From Oscillospiraceae bacterium (GTDB taxonomy: Bacteria; Bacillota; Clostridia; Oscillospirales; Ruminococcaceae), in contig WRLK01000006.1 in NCBI GenBank assembly GCA_009777635.1, positions 7,850-71,849 on the forward strand: 64,000 nucleotides of DNA, given 5' to 3'. The notes under the pieces are model-generated. The model worked only from the letters and a program-made list of their open reading frames with translations. It ran no database searches and was not told the DNA's origin. Each line of letters starts with the position of its first letter. Positions within the stretch are counted from its first letter, which is position 1. A program made the translations under genes and the position numbers. Below are positions 46,311 through 54,730 of this stretch, in pieces.

Positions 46311-47752
46311 TTTATCTTGATTCCGATAACCGAATGTGCGGGCAGCTTCATAGAAATCATATCAGCAGTGACGTTTACATTAAAATCTGCCGGTACAACA
46401 TTCTCAGGCTCGTCAAAGGTATTGTGGGCGTTTGCCGTTCCTGAAGCTAGAATTTTTGCGGAAACCATTTGCGGGGCGAGCCCCAGAAGTGAGATTTCAA
46501 TGCTTTCCGAATTACTGTAATCATAGTTCGTAACGGTTATGTATATTCCGCCGTCTTTCTCGGAAGTCGTCGCGCTGACTTTTCCACCGACAACCGCGCT
46601 GTCAAGCAGCTTTGCGTCCATATGTTCCTTGTACAAATCGAAAACGTGGTACGTGGGCGTCTTAATCATTTTGTCGTTTTCGGTCAGGATAACCGCTTGC
46701 AGGACATTCACGGTTTGCGCGATATTTGCCATTTCAATACGCGAGCTGAATTTATTGAATATATCAAGCGTGAGCGAAGCGACCATAGCGTCGCGCATCG
46801 TGTTCTGCTGATACAGGAATCCCGGATTTGTCCCGGGCTCTACGTTGAACCATGTTCCCCATTCGTCGACAATCAGTTTAACACGCTTTTCCTTGTCGTG
46901 CTTATCCATAAGGAGCAAATGCCCCTTGATAAGCGCCTCCATCCGCCGGCACTCGGCGATCGTGGCGTAGTAGACGTTTTCATCGAATTCCGTTGCGTAT
47001 CCTTTGTTATCCCAATTCGCGTAAGGTATTGTGTAATGGTGAAGCGAAATGCCGTCCATATATTCCCCGGCGATTTCCATAACGACGTCGGTCCATTCAA
47101 AATCAGGCCCGTTCGAGCCGCAAGCGATCTTGAATATTTTGTGATTGCTGTCGTAGTTTCGGACATAAGTCTGATAACGGCGATATTCGTCCGCATAATA
47201 GGACGGGCGCATATTCCCGCCGCAAGCCCAGTTTTCGTTTCCCACCCCGAAAAAAGCTACTTTCCAAGGCTCCTTGCCGCCGTTTGCTTCGCGCAAAGCC
47301 GACATGGGCGAAATGCCGCCGAAGGTCATATATTCGACCCACTCGCTCATTTCCTGCACGGTGCCCGAGCCTACGTTGCCGTTCACATAAGCGTCGCAAT
47401 TGAGTTGGCGGCAGAGCTCGAAAAACTCGTGTGTTCCGAATGAGTTATCCTCTACAACGCCGCCCCAATGCGTATTAACCATCTTCTTGCGCAGTGTTTT
47501 TTTACCGATTCCATCACGCCAATGATACTCATCCGCAAAACACCCCCCCGGCCACCGAAGGACCGGGATTTTGATTGCTTTCAGCGCCTCAACGACGTCT
47601 GTCCTCATTCCGTTTATGTTCGGGATGTCCGAAGTCTCACCGACATAAAACCCGCCGTAAATGCAGCGGCCGAGATGCTCGGAAAAATGGCCGAAGATAT
47701 TCCGGCTGATTTTATTTAATTTCTTGTTAGTATCAATTACAATTTTTGACAT
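46307..47752 (-). CDS. abfA: alpha-L-arabinofuranosidase, GH51
   Basis: [37 protein letters not shown] (acid/base Glu) and DEWGTW (nucleophile Glu). ATG 47752 behind GGAG. Confidence 0.85.
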   Translation of the reverse strand: MSKIVIDTNKKLNKISRNIFGHFSEHLGRCIYGGFYVGETSDIPNINGMRTDVVEALKAIKIPVLRWPGGCFADEYHWRDGIGKKTLRKKMVNTHWGGVVEDNSFGTHEFFELCRQLNCDAYVNGNVGSGTVQEMSEWVEYMTFGGISPMSALREANGGKEPWKVAFFGVGNENWACGGNMRPSYYADEYRRYQTYVRNYDSNHKIFKIACGSNGPDFEWTDVVMEIAGEYMDGISLHHYTIPYANWDNKGYATEFDENVYYATIAECRRMEALIKGHLLLMDKHDKEKRVKLIVDEWGTWFNVEPGTNPGFLYQQNTMRDAMVASLTLDIFNKFSSRIEMANIAQTVNVLQAVILTENDKMIKTPTYHVFDLYKEHMDAKLLDSAVVGGKVSATTSEKDGGIYITVTNYDYSNSESIEISLLGLAPQMVSAKILASGTANAHNTFDEPENVVPADFNVNVTADMISMKLPAHSVIGIKIK

Positions 47753-47858
47753 AGCTACTCCATATCTCTTGAAATTATGCTTCAAGTCGCCATTTGTGCG
47801 GGACTTTCGGTAAACATGCCGATGCCCCGCACATCTTTATTTTGGCGAATTTTCTTTA

Positions 47859-49646
47859 TTATCCCTGCAAAGCCCTGGCCCTTTCATCTACAAGGGCCTG
47901 ATATTTTGTTTTGTCAAACGCTACCAGCTCCTGCCAGCCGAAACCGTCCAAATCAGCTTTGAGGGTTGCCCACAGTGTGTCGAATTCGGCTTGATCTCTC
48001 GCGAATATCATCCTCCACGAAGCATCGCACACAATCGGTCCGCAGCTTGTTCTGATGACGGAAATGTCCGAAGTGTCAGGCACGAGGTTGACATTAACAT
48101 ACGGAACGACTTTTGTCAGGTTGTGGTCAACAAGGTATTGGAACGGGCTTGCAGTGCCAAAACGATCCGACCAATCGTTAAGAGTGCCGACGGCGCTTTG
48201 CTTGAGCGTCATTGGCCATACGCGCGGGTCGAAGCCATAACCTGTTTCGGGGTTGGTCCCGATGGAGCTTACAGTCCACTGGTTAATCTGAAGCATACCG
48301 TCACGGTATATACCGCCGCCGTACTCATCGGGAATCGGGTTATTGTCGCCGAGGGCGTTTTCGCCAATAGGCGTTCTGTCGAAAGCACCGGGGAATTCCG
48401 TAGAATCGACAAAGGTGTAACCTTTAATGCCGCCCATTATCTCGGTGATTCCCTGAGGGCTGGTCATCCATTCCATCAGCATCTTTACGCGCTCTTTCTT
48501 AACAGGATCGGTTGTGCCGGCAGCAAATGCGCGCCCTGTGCCGAAATAAGAGTCGGACGGCTGATAGAGCTTCATATCCCCAACAGGCGCCATAATGTAA
48601 TTTTCGCCGTTCTCCGCGCGTTCAGACGTGTTCCAGAACCCCTGCTGCCAGTCGTTCCAGATAAGATACGCACGTTTGTTGAGGAACTTTTGGTTGACGT
48701 TGTCCCAGTTCTGCGTTCCCGAGTCGGGGTCTACGATACCGGCCTGGTTTGCGTCGAAGTAGAACTGAAGAATTTTTTTATACGCGCCGTCGTCGTCGGT
48801 TAGCTCCGTCATATTGCCGTCAACGTCAAGCAAAATTGAGCTGTTACCAAATGGAACTTCCTGCCCGTACCATTTGGTAAGCTGGTTGACATTCTCGAGC
48901 GACGTGTTGTCCCAGTCCGGCCAGAGGGTTATGCCGTAGGCAGCCTCGCCAGCTGCGTTTGTCGGGAACATATCCTGCATCTGTTTCAGCGCGCCTATTA
49001 AATCGGTCAGATTGTTTAGCTCAGGCGCGCCGATTGCCTTGTAATAATCCCAAGGCACGGTGGGGGCGGTTCCGGGGCTGCCTGCGGAAAGCGGGGTGAA
49101 CGACGTCGGGCTTGTGTTTGCAAGCTCGGTCGGCCATGCATAGTACTGGCCCGGTTCAACTCCTTCAAGCGCGGAATTGTAATAGTCAAGTTGACCCTTG
49201 TATTCTCCGAACGCGCCGAGCGACATCATCTCTTCGGTGAAGTCTACTAGTAATCCTGCCGTTATACAGGACTGAATGTCGACATTATCAAGCACAACGA
49301 GGTCGCCGAGGAAGCCGGACGCGCTTCTCGCCGCAAAAATATCCGCGCCCACTGCCTGCGGCGCGATTATGTTCAGCGTGATGTTATACCTGTCTTTCAG
49401 TATCTTGGCAGTCCAGCCGGGTTGTTCGCCCTGGAAGTTCGCGGCTTGCGAGTACACTTCAAGCGTCACCGGAGCAAGCTCGCTTCCGTCAGCCTGTGTG
49501 TCTGCCGCTGTTGTGCCTCCCTGACCGCCGCTGTCTCCCGCCGCCGTTGTGCCCTCCTGGCCGCCGCTGTCACCGCACGCGGCAAACCCTCCGATGGCAA
49601 GGCACATTGCTATAAGATACGCCAGTAGTCTTTTTTTCGATTGCAT
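47859..49646 (-). CDS. extracellular solute-binding lipoprotein of a carbohydrate ABC transporter (LplA-like)
   Basis: Lipobox GGFAAC, a Gly/Thr linker and 595 aa. It lies next to two sugar permease genes. Confidence 0.8.
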   Translation of the reverse strand: MQSKKRLLAYLIAMCLAIGGFAACGDSGGQEGTTAAGDSGGQGGTTAADTQADGSELAPVTLEVYSQAANFQGEQPGWTAKILKDRYNITLNIIAPQAVGADIFAARSASGFLGDLVVLDNVDIQSCITAGLLVDFTEEMMSLGAFGEYKGQLDYYNSALEGVEPGQYYAWPTELANTSPTSFTPLSAGSPGTAPTVPWDYYKAIGAPELNNLTDLIGALKQMQDMFPTNAAGEAAYGITLWPDWDNTSLENVNQLTKWYGQEVPFGNSSILLDVDGNMTELTDDDGAYKKILQFYFDANQAGIVDPDSGTQNWDNVNQKFLNKRAYLIWNDWQQGFWNTSERAENGENYIMAPVGDMKLYQPSDSYFGTGRAFAAGTTDPVKKERVKMLMEWMTSPQGITEIMGGIKGYTFVDSTEFPGAFDRTPIGENALGDNNPIPDEYGGGIYRDGMLQINQWTVSSIGTNPETGYGFDPRVWPMTLKQSAVGTLNDWSDRFGTASPFQYLVDHNLTKVVPYVNVNLVPDTSDISVIRTSCGPIVCDASWRMIFARDQAEFDTLWATLKADLDGFGWQELVAFDKTKYQALVDERARALQG

Positions 49647-49683
49647 AATCTTTCTCCTTTACAGTTTAAATTTAATCTATGTT

Positions 49684-50610
49684 CTATCCTTTTACTGCGC
49701 CTATCATAATGCCCTTAACGAAATATCGCTGGAAGAACGGATAAACGAGCAGTATCGGAAGCGCGACTATGATTGTCACAGTCATGCGAATTGAAGTTTG
49801 CGTCTGCGTGTTCGCCGCCATAAGAGCCGCCGCGCCTGACGATGAGTTTACGATTGCCGAAAGTGAGCTTGATGATTCCAAATACCGGTACAGAACAAAC
49901 TGGAGCGTAAACAGTTTTTCGTTCGTCATAAGGAGCAAGGTGTCCTGAAATGAGTTCCACTGATTTACGGCGGAGAATATAGCCATTGTTGCCAAAATCG
50001 GCTTTGAAACAGGAAAGATAATACGGAAGAAAATAGTAAATATCCCGGCGCCGTCAATTTGCGCTGCCTCCTGAAGTGACATTGGCAAGCCCTCGATGTA
50101 GGTTTTGATAAGCAAAATGTAAAACGGGGCGACAAGCCCGGGAAGCACATACCCGAGGAAGTTGTTCGTGAGTCCCAGGTTCATCATCGTCAGGTACCAG
50201 GGGATGATGCCCGCGTTGAAATACATCGTTACCATAACGAACCTGAACCAGAACCTGCGCTTCCATAAGGTTTCCCTTGTGAACATATAAGCGACAAATG
50301 CCGATATGATAACAACAAGTACAGTTACAATAACCGTTCTCGACACCGAGATAAACGCCGCTTGCGCTAAGCTCGGTATTCTGAACGCCGCTATGTAGTT
50401 GTCAAAATGGATGCCTTTCGGATACCACAGCACAGCGCCTTGTTCGGAAAGCTTGTTGTTGCTGATGGTGTTGATGAATATGTAATAAAACGGATAGACG
50501 CAAATGAAAGAGAACGCCGCGTAAATTATGCAGATAACGACGTCGAGTATCCTGTCGCCAAGACTATTTTCTTTGATTCTGTTTTTTCTCGACATTTCCT
50601 GCGCCTCCAA
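49684..50610 (-). CDS. carbohydrate ABC transporter permease (LplC-like)
   Basis: 6-TM MalG-type permease with EAA-loop-like EAAQIDGAG. Confidence 0.85.
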   Translation of the reverse strand: MEAQEMSRKNRIKENSLGDRILDVVICIIYAAFSFICVYPFYYIFINTISNNKLSEQGAVLWYPKGIHFDNYIAAFRIPSLAQAAFISVSRTVIVTVLVVIISAFVAYMFTRETLWKRRFWFRFVMVTMYFNAGIIPWYLTMMNLGLTNNFLGYVLPGLVAPFYILLIKTYIEGLPMSLQEAAQIDGAGIFTIFFRIIFPVSKPILATMAIFSAVNQWNSFQDTLLLMTNEKLFTLQFVLYRYLESSSSLSAIVNSSSGAAALMAANTQTQTSIRMTVTIIVALPILLVYPFFQRYFVKGIMIGAVKG

Positions 50611-51528
50611 TCACAATATGCTTTCTTTTCTAACGGCTTTCGACAACCAGTTCGCCGAGAACAACAGCGCCACACTTACAAGGCTTTTCAGCATACTTAG
50701 GGCTGTCGAAATGGAATACACCGGCGGCCTGCTTGTGGACAGGTTATACACATATAAATCAAGAACTTGTATATAGTCCCTGTTCCACGAGTTTTGAAAC
50801 ACATAAAACTGTTCCATTCCGTTGTTGAGAATGTTGGAAATGTTGAGCAGCAGAAGCACAAAGAATGTCGGAAGGATACTCGGGAGCGTTATATGCCATA
50901 TGCACCTCAAGCGCGACGCGCCGTCCATTCTCGCCGCCTCGTACATTTCCGCATCAACCCCCGCAATCGCCGCTATGTACATGATTGCCGCCCAGCCGAG
51001 GTTTTTCCAGGTAAGCCACAGCCACATTTGGAACCACACAACATTGCCGCCCGACCTCATAAAATCAATAGGCGCATCGGTCAAGCCGAAGCTTCGCAGG
51101 GTCGCGTTCACCATACCGCTGTTGTTCAAAAGCAAAAACGCGACTGAGTAAACCAAAACCCAGCTGATAAAATTTGGGAGCGACGAAGCGGTTTGCACAA
51201 ATTTTCTGAAAGGCGCGAATTTAATTTCATTCAGGAATACCGCGAAGAACATCGGAAGCCAGCTGAAAGCGAGTGCGATTCCGCTTATCGCGAAAGTGTT
51301 GCGGAGTACCGCGAGAGTTTGGCGCAGGTAAGACGGGTTGCTGAACATCAGTTCAAACCATTTAAGCCCCACGAACGAGTCCCATGAAAAAGGAAGGGGC
51401 GGCTTGTAGTCAAAGAACGAATAAATCCAGCCATATAGCGGAAAATAACAAAACACCCCAACCAGCACAATGAACGGCAGAATCAGCAGAAATTCCTTGT
51501 AACCTTGAATTCGTTTGCTTTTATTCAT
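50611..51528 (-). CDS. carbohydrate ABC transporter permease (LplB-like)
   Basis: MalF-type permease with EAA loop YEAARMDGAS. Confidence 0.85.
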   Translation of the reverse strand: MNKSKRIQGYKEFLLILPFIVLVGVFCYFPLYGWIYSFFDYKPPLPFSWDSFVGLKWFELMFSNPSYLRQTLAVLRNTFAISGIALAFSWLPMFFAVFLNEIKFAPFRKFVQTASSLPNFISWVLVYSVAFLLLNNSGMVNATLRSFGLTDAPIDFMRSGGNVVWFQMWLWLTWKNLGWAAIMYIAAIAGVDAEMYEAARMDGASRLRCIWHITLPSILPTFFVLLLLNISNILNNGMEQFYVFQNSWNRDYIQVLDLYVYNLSTSRPPVYSISTALSMLKSLVSVALLFSANWLSKAVRKESIL

Positions 51529-51529
51529 A

Positions 51530-52621
51530 TCACGATAGCCCCTCCTTCTGTATTACCTTTACCGTCTCGCCCTCAAGCAGGGCAGGCGAACTCCATATCA
51601 AAAACTTCGGTTTTTTGCCCTCAAGTAAATCTATCAGCGCTCCTGTCGCGACTGCGCCGAGGTTTTCCGCGCCGAGCGACACGGTTGTGAGCTTCTTCTC
51701 GAACCATTCGCGCAGATATATGCCGTCAATACCCATTACGGAAATGTCGGATGGCACGCACAAGCCGCTTTTTTCTATGCCGCGCATGAAGCCGTAGCCG
51801 ATATCGTCATTAAAGCACAAAAATGCGGTCGCGGGATTTCTGCTGTCAAGATAATGCTCCGCCGCCCTGTAGCCAATTTTGAACGATGAATATTCTTCGA
51901 ACTGTTCATCCGACGGTTGAAAGATTAACGGTGGGTCAATATTGTTTCCGCTTTCCTCATCGCCGATTTCCGCGCATATTATAAGATCATCTATCGATAG
52001 TCCAATTCCAAACTTCTTAAATTCCCGGTTCATTCGTGACTTGAATAATTTTAGACGCATTTCGGCGTCACGCCCGCGTTTAGGGAGGATAAACCCAATC
52101 AGCTTATGTCCTTTTGATATGAGGTAATCAACCGCCGTGTCTATAACTTTGGGATTATCAATGACGATGCTGTGAACAGGGTGCGGCAGAGCCGAGCTCG
52201 CATCGTTCGTTACCGTGACAACGGGAATATGATAATTCGCGCCAACTGAATTAAGGAATTTTTCCGCAACGATGTCAAGCGAAAACAACACTCCGTCTAC
52301 CAGATATCCCTTAATACGCTCGAAATCGCAATGTACATCAAGGAATACCGAATACCCGCGCTTATACGCTTCCCTTGTCGCCCCGTTAAAGAATTGTAGA
52401 TTATACGGCGCTTTAATTTCGTTTAAGTATAAAATCAGTTGCCGTGTACGTCGGCTCTGGAGTGACAATGCGATAGGGTTCGGGTTGTAGCCGAGCGAGT
52501 CTGCTACACTGAGAATATGTTCCTTGACTTCTTTTTTAACATATCCCGAATTGTTTACCGCACGGCTTACCGACGCTACGCTGACCCCGGCTGCCCGCGC
52601 CACATCTTTCCGGGTCGCCAT
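51530..52621 (-). CDS. LacI-family transcriptional regulator
   Basis: N-terminal HTH MATRKDVARAAGVSVASVSRAVNN plus a periplasmic-binding-protein-like core. ATG 52621 behind GAGGTG. Confidence 0.85.
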   Translation of the reverse strand: MATRKDVARAAGVSVASVSRAVNNSGYVKKEVKEHILSVADSLGYNPNPIALSLQSRRTRQLILYLNEIKAPYNLQFFNGATREAYKRGYSVFLDVHCDFERIKGYLVDGVLFSLDIVAEKFLNSVGANYHIPVVTVTNDASSALPHPVHSIVIDNPKVIDTAVDYLISKGHKLIGFILPKRGRDAEMRLKLFKSRMNREFKKFGIGLSIDDLIICAEIGDEESGNNIDPPLIFQPSDEQFEEYSSFKIGYRAAEHYLDSRNPATAFLCFNDDIGYGFMRGIEKSGLCVPSDISVMGIDGIYLREWFEKKLTTVSLGAENLGAVATGALIDLLEGKKPKFLIWSSPALLEGETVKVIQKEGLS

Positions 52622-52657
52622 AAAAATCACCTCACGACGCTTTTAATAACTCCTTGG

Positions 52658-52692
52658 CACTTTTATTAAAACTTGACACTTTTATTAAAACT
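52658..52692. repeat. tandem 16-nt near-palindromic repeat in the LacI-gene 5' region
   Basis: CACTTTTATTAAAACT occurs twice with a 19-nt period. Each unit is an imperfect palindrome (ACTTTTA-T-TAAAACT). Confidence 0.6.
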
Positions 52693-53004
52693 AAATACAT
52701 CAGCCTTGTCAAGAATTAAAAATGTGAACACAGGTACATATATAGGAAGCTCTAAACTTAACAGCAATTGTGGGGAATTTTACCTTAAAATTTTACTCGG
52801 GCAAGATAATTAATATAGAACAATAACACATTCAAACATTAAATATATGCACTCGAAAACATAAAGTTATATCAGCCGGCCTCTTGCAGCTGGTATCTGT
52901 GGTTGTCAATAAAAAGCATATAATGGGCAGAACATGGATTATTCCCAGAGGCACACCAAAACCGATTGATGGACGGACGAAACAGGCAAAGGAGCAAATC
53001 AACA

Positions 53005-53871
53005 ATGGCAAGAGTTAAAAAGGAAACCGCGCTGCAGCCTGTCGAACAGGTGCTTTGGGCGTCTGCGGATAAGTTGCGTAAAAATATGGATGCCGCCGAA
53101 TATAAGCACATCGTGCTTGGGTTAATATTCTTAAAATACATATCCGATAACTTCAATGAGCTTTTCCAAAAGCTGGAATCAGGCGAAGGTGATTATGCTG
53201 GAGCAGACCCAAACGACCCATATGAATATCATGCGGGGAATGTATTTTTTGTGCCGCAGATAGCAAGATGGGATTATCTGCGCGACTGCGCCAAGTCTGC
53301 CAATATTGGAAAAGATATAGACAATGCGATGGATGCCATAGAAAAAGATAACCCATCGCTGAAAGGCGTTTTGCCCAAGGAATATGCAAAAGAAAAGCTG
53401 GATAAGCAATCCCTCGGTGGCTTGATAGATATTATCAGCACCACGGCGGGGTTTGTTTTGGCAAAAGGCTCGCTGTCCTCTAAAACTAACGGCGAGGATA
53501 AAATCCTGTTCATTGATGCCCGAAATATGGGGTCGCTGATTAATCGCCGCACCCGCGAGCTTACAGATGAGGACATCCGCACCATCGCGGATACTTACCA
53601 AAACTGGAAAGCTGAAAGCGGCTACGAAGATATACCCGGTTTCTGCAAATCCGCGTCTGTTTCGAGTGAGGGCGGCGTTACCGCGCTTGATTATGTGCTT
53701 ACTCCCGGGCGGTATATCGGCCTGCCGGATGATGAGGATGACTTCAACTTCGCCGAGCGTGTAAAGACGCTGACAGCCGAGCTTGAAGCGCAGATGCAAG
53801 AGGGTGCGGCTCTTGACGAGCGAATTCGCCAAAACCTTGCGAGAGTGGAGGTTTTGGAGAATGGACAATAA
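53005..53871 (+). pseudogene. hsdM: type I R-M methyltransferase subunit HsdM remnant with two in-frame internal deletions
   Basis: HsdM_N domain (LWASADKLRKNMDAAEYKHIVLGLIFLKYISD) is joined directly to late-domain segments (GFVLAKGSLSS; ILFIDARNMG...RELTDEDI...GFCKS...LTPGRYIG). I see no GSGG-type SAM motif and no NPPF/NPPY motif. 288 aa versus about 500 expected. Confidence 0.7.
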
Positions 53872-54448
53872 TTCAGAAATCATCATATATCAAACCGTAG
53901 GCGGCATGACTAAAATTGACGTTCGCATGGAAGGCGAAACCCTTTGGCTCAACCAAGCACAAATCGCGCAGCTATTCGGGCGTGATATTAGTGTTATCTC
54001 TCGGCACATCAGTAACATATTGGCCGAAGGCGAATTAAAGAAAGAAAGCAATTTGCAAAATATGCAAATTCCAAATTCTGACAGACCGGTGGCGTTTTAT
54101 AACCTTGATGTTATCCTTGCTGTCGGCTACCGCGTAAAATCCTCGCGCGGCACACAGTTCCGGCAATGGGCGACGAAAGTTTTACATGAGTATCTGCAAA
54201 AAGGTTTCGCAATGAACGATGACTTCTTGAAAAACATGGACGGCGGGGTCTATTTGGAAAGAGTTGTTAGAGCGTATCCGCGACATTGCACCAGCGAAAA
54301 GGTTATGTACCGGCAAATCCTCGACCTGTATGCCACAAGCCTTGACTACAACGCCACCATTCGCCTGAATCCTCCGAGCGGTTTATCGGCACGGATTTTA
54401 ACGCTTGAATTTTTAATATTTATAAAAATAAACAGTGCCCGGAGTTAA
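53861..54448 (+). pseudogene. rhuM: RhuM-family protein remnant (frameshifted and 3'-truncated)
   Basis: N-terminus IIIYQTVGGMTKIDVRMEGETLWLNQAQIAQLFGRD...ILAVGYRVKSSRGTQFRQWAT is RhuM-like. Across 54251-54295 the family motif (WKELLERIRDI) is readable only in another frame. Homology ends at 54358, where DR-R begins. Confidence 0.65.
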
Positions 54449-54458
54449 CCGGGCACTG
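54423..54458 (-). terminator. duplicate copy of the DR hairpin terminator
   Basis: CAGTGCCCGG-AGTTAA-CCGGGCACTG with a minus-strand T-run. Confidence 0.55.
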
Positions 54459-54492
54459 CACTGTTCGAGCCTTTATTGAATCCCGTTTGTGG

Positions 54493-54525
54493 GTTTCATT
54501 CCTCAGCCCCTTGGGGCGCCGGTGT
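54493..54525 (-). repeat. second solitary CRISPR-repeat-like unit (degenerate)
   Basis: Minus strand ACACCGGCGCCCCAAGGGGCTGAGGAATGAAAC. The tail is mutated from ATTGAAAC to AATGAAAC. Confidence 0.25.
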
Positions 54526-54730
54526 AACCCAAGCGGGTAATACCCTGTAGATTGCTGCGGTGCGCTTGATTTTAGTCTTGTATATCGCTTTTATATGCCG
54601 TGAATATCAGCTTGCTTTCCTGTCCGCTAAATATTGGCTTATACTGAAATTCAATTTCATTCCAGTTTTCCGGAACCTGAAAAGCGACATATCCGTTTCT
54701 GGCAAGCTTTTTGATAATGAGTGATTTTTA

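Larger units (their letters stand above)
54359..54560 (+). repeat. 202-nt direct repeat, right copy (DR-R)
   Basis: See DR-L. It carries an orphan copy of the last 50 nt of the S1-domain CDS, fused out of frame to the rhuM remnant. Confidence 0.9.

Noticed and set aside
53179-53886. 235-aa minus-strand ORF across the hsdM remnant.
   Set aside because: The plus-strand frame carries clear HsdM motifs and a good RBS. The antisense frame has no recognisable features.
44561-54525. CRISPR array.
   Set aside because: There are only two repeat-like units, 9.9 kb apart. Each lies inside a larger 202-nt duplication. There is no regular repeat-spacer periodicity and no cas gene in the window. It is reported only as solitary repeat-like units.
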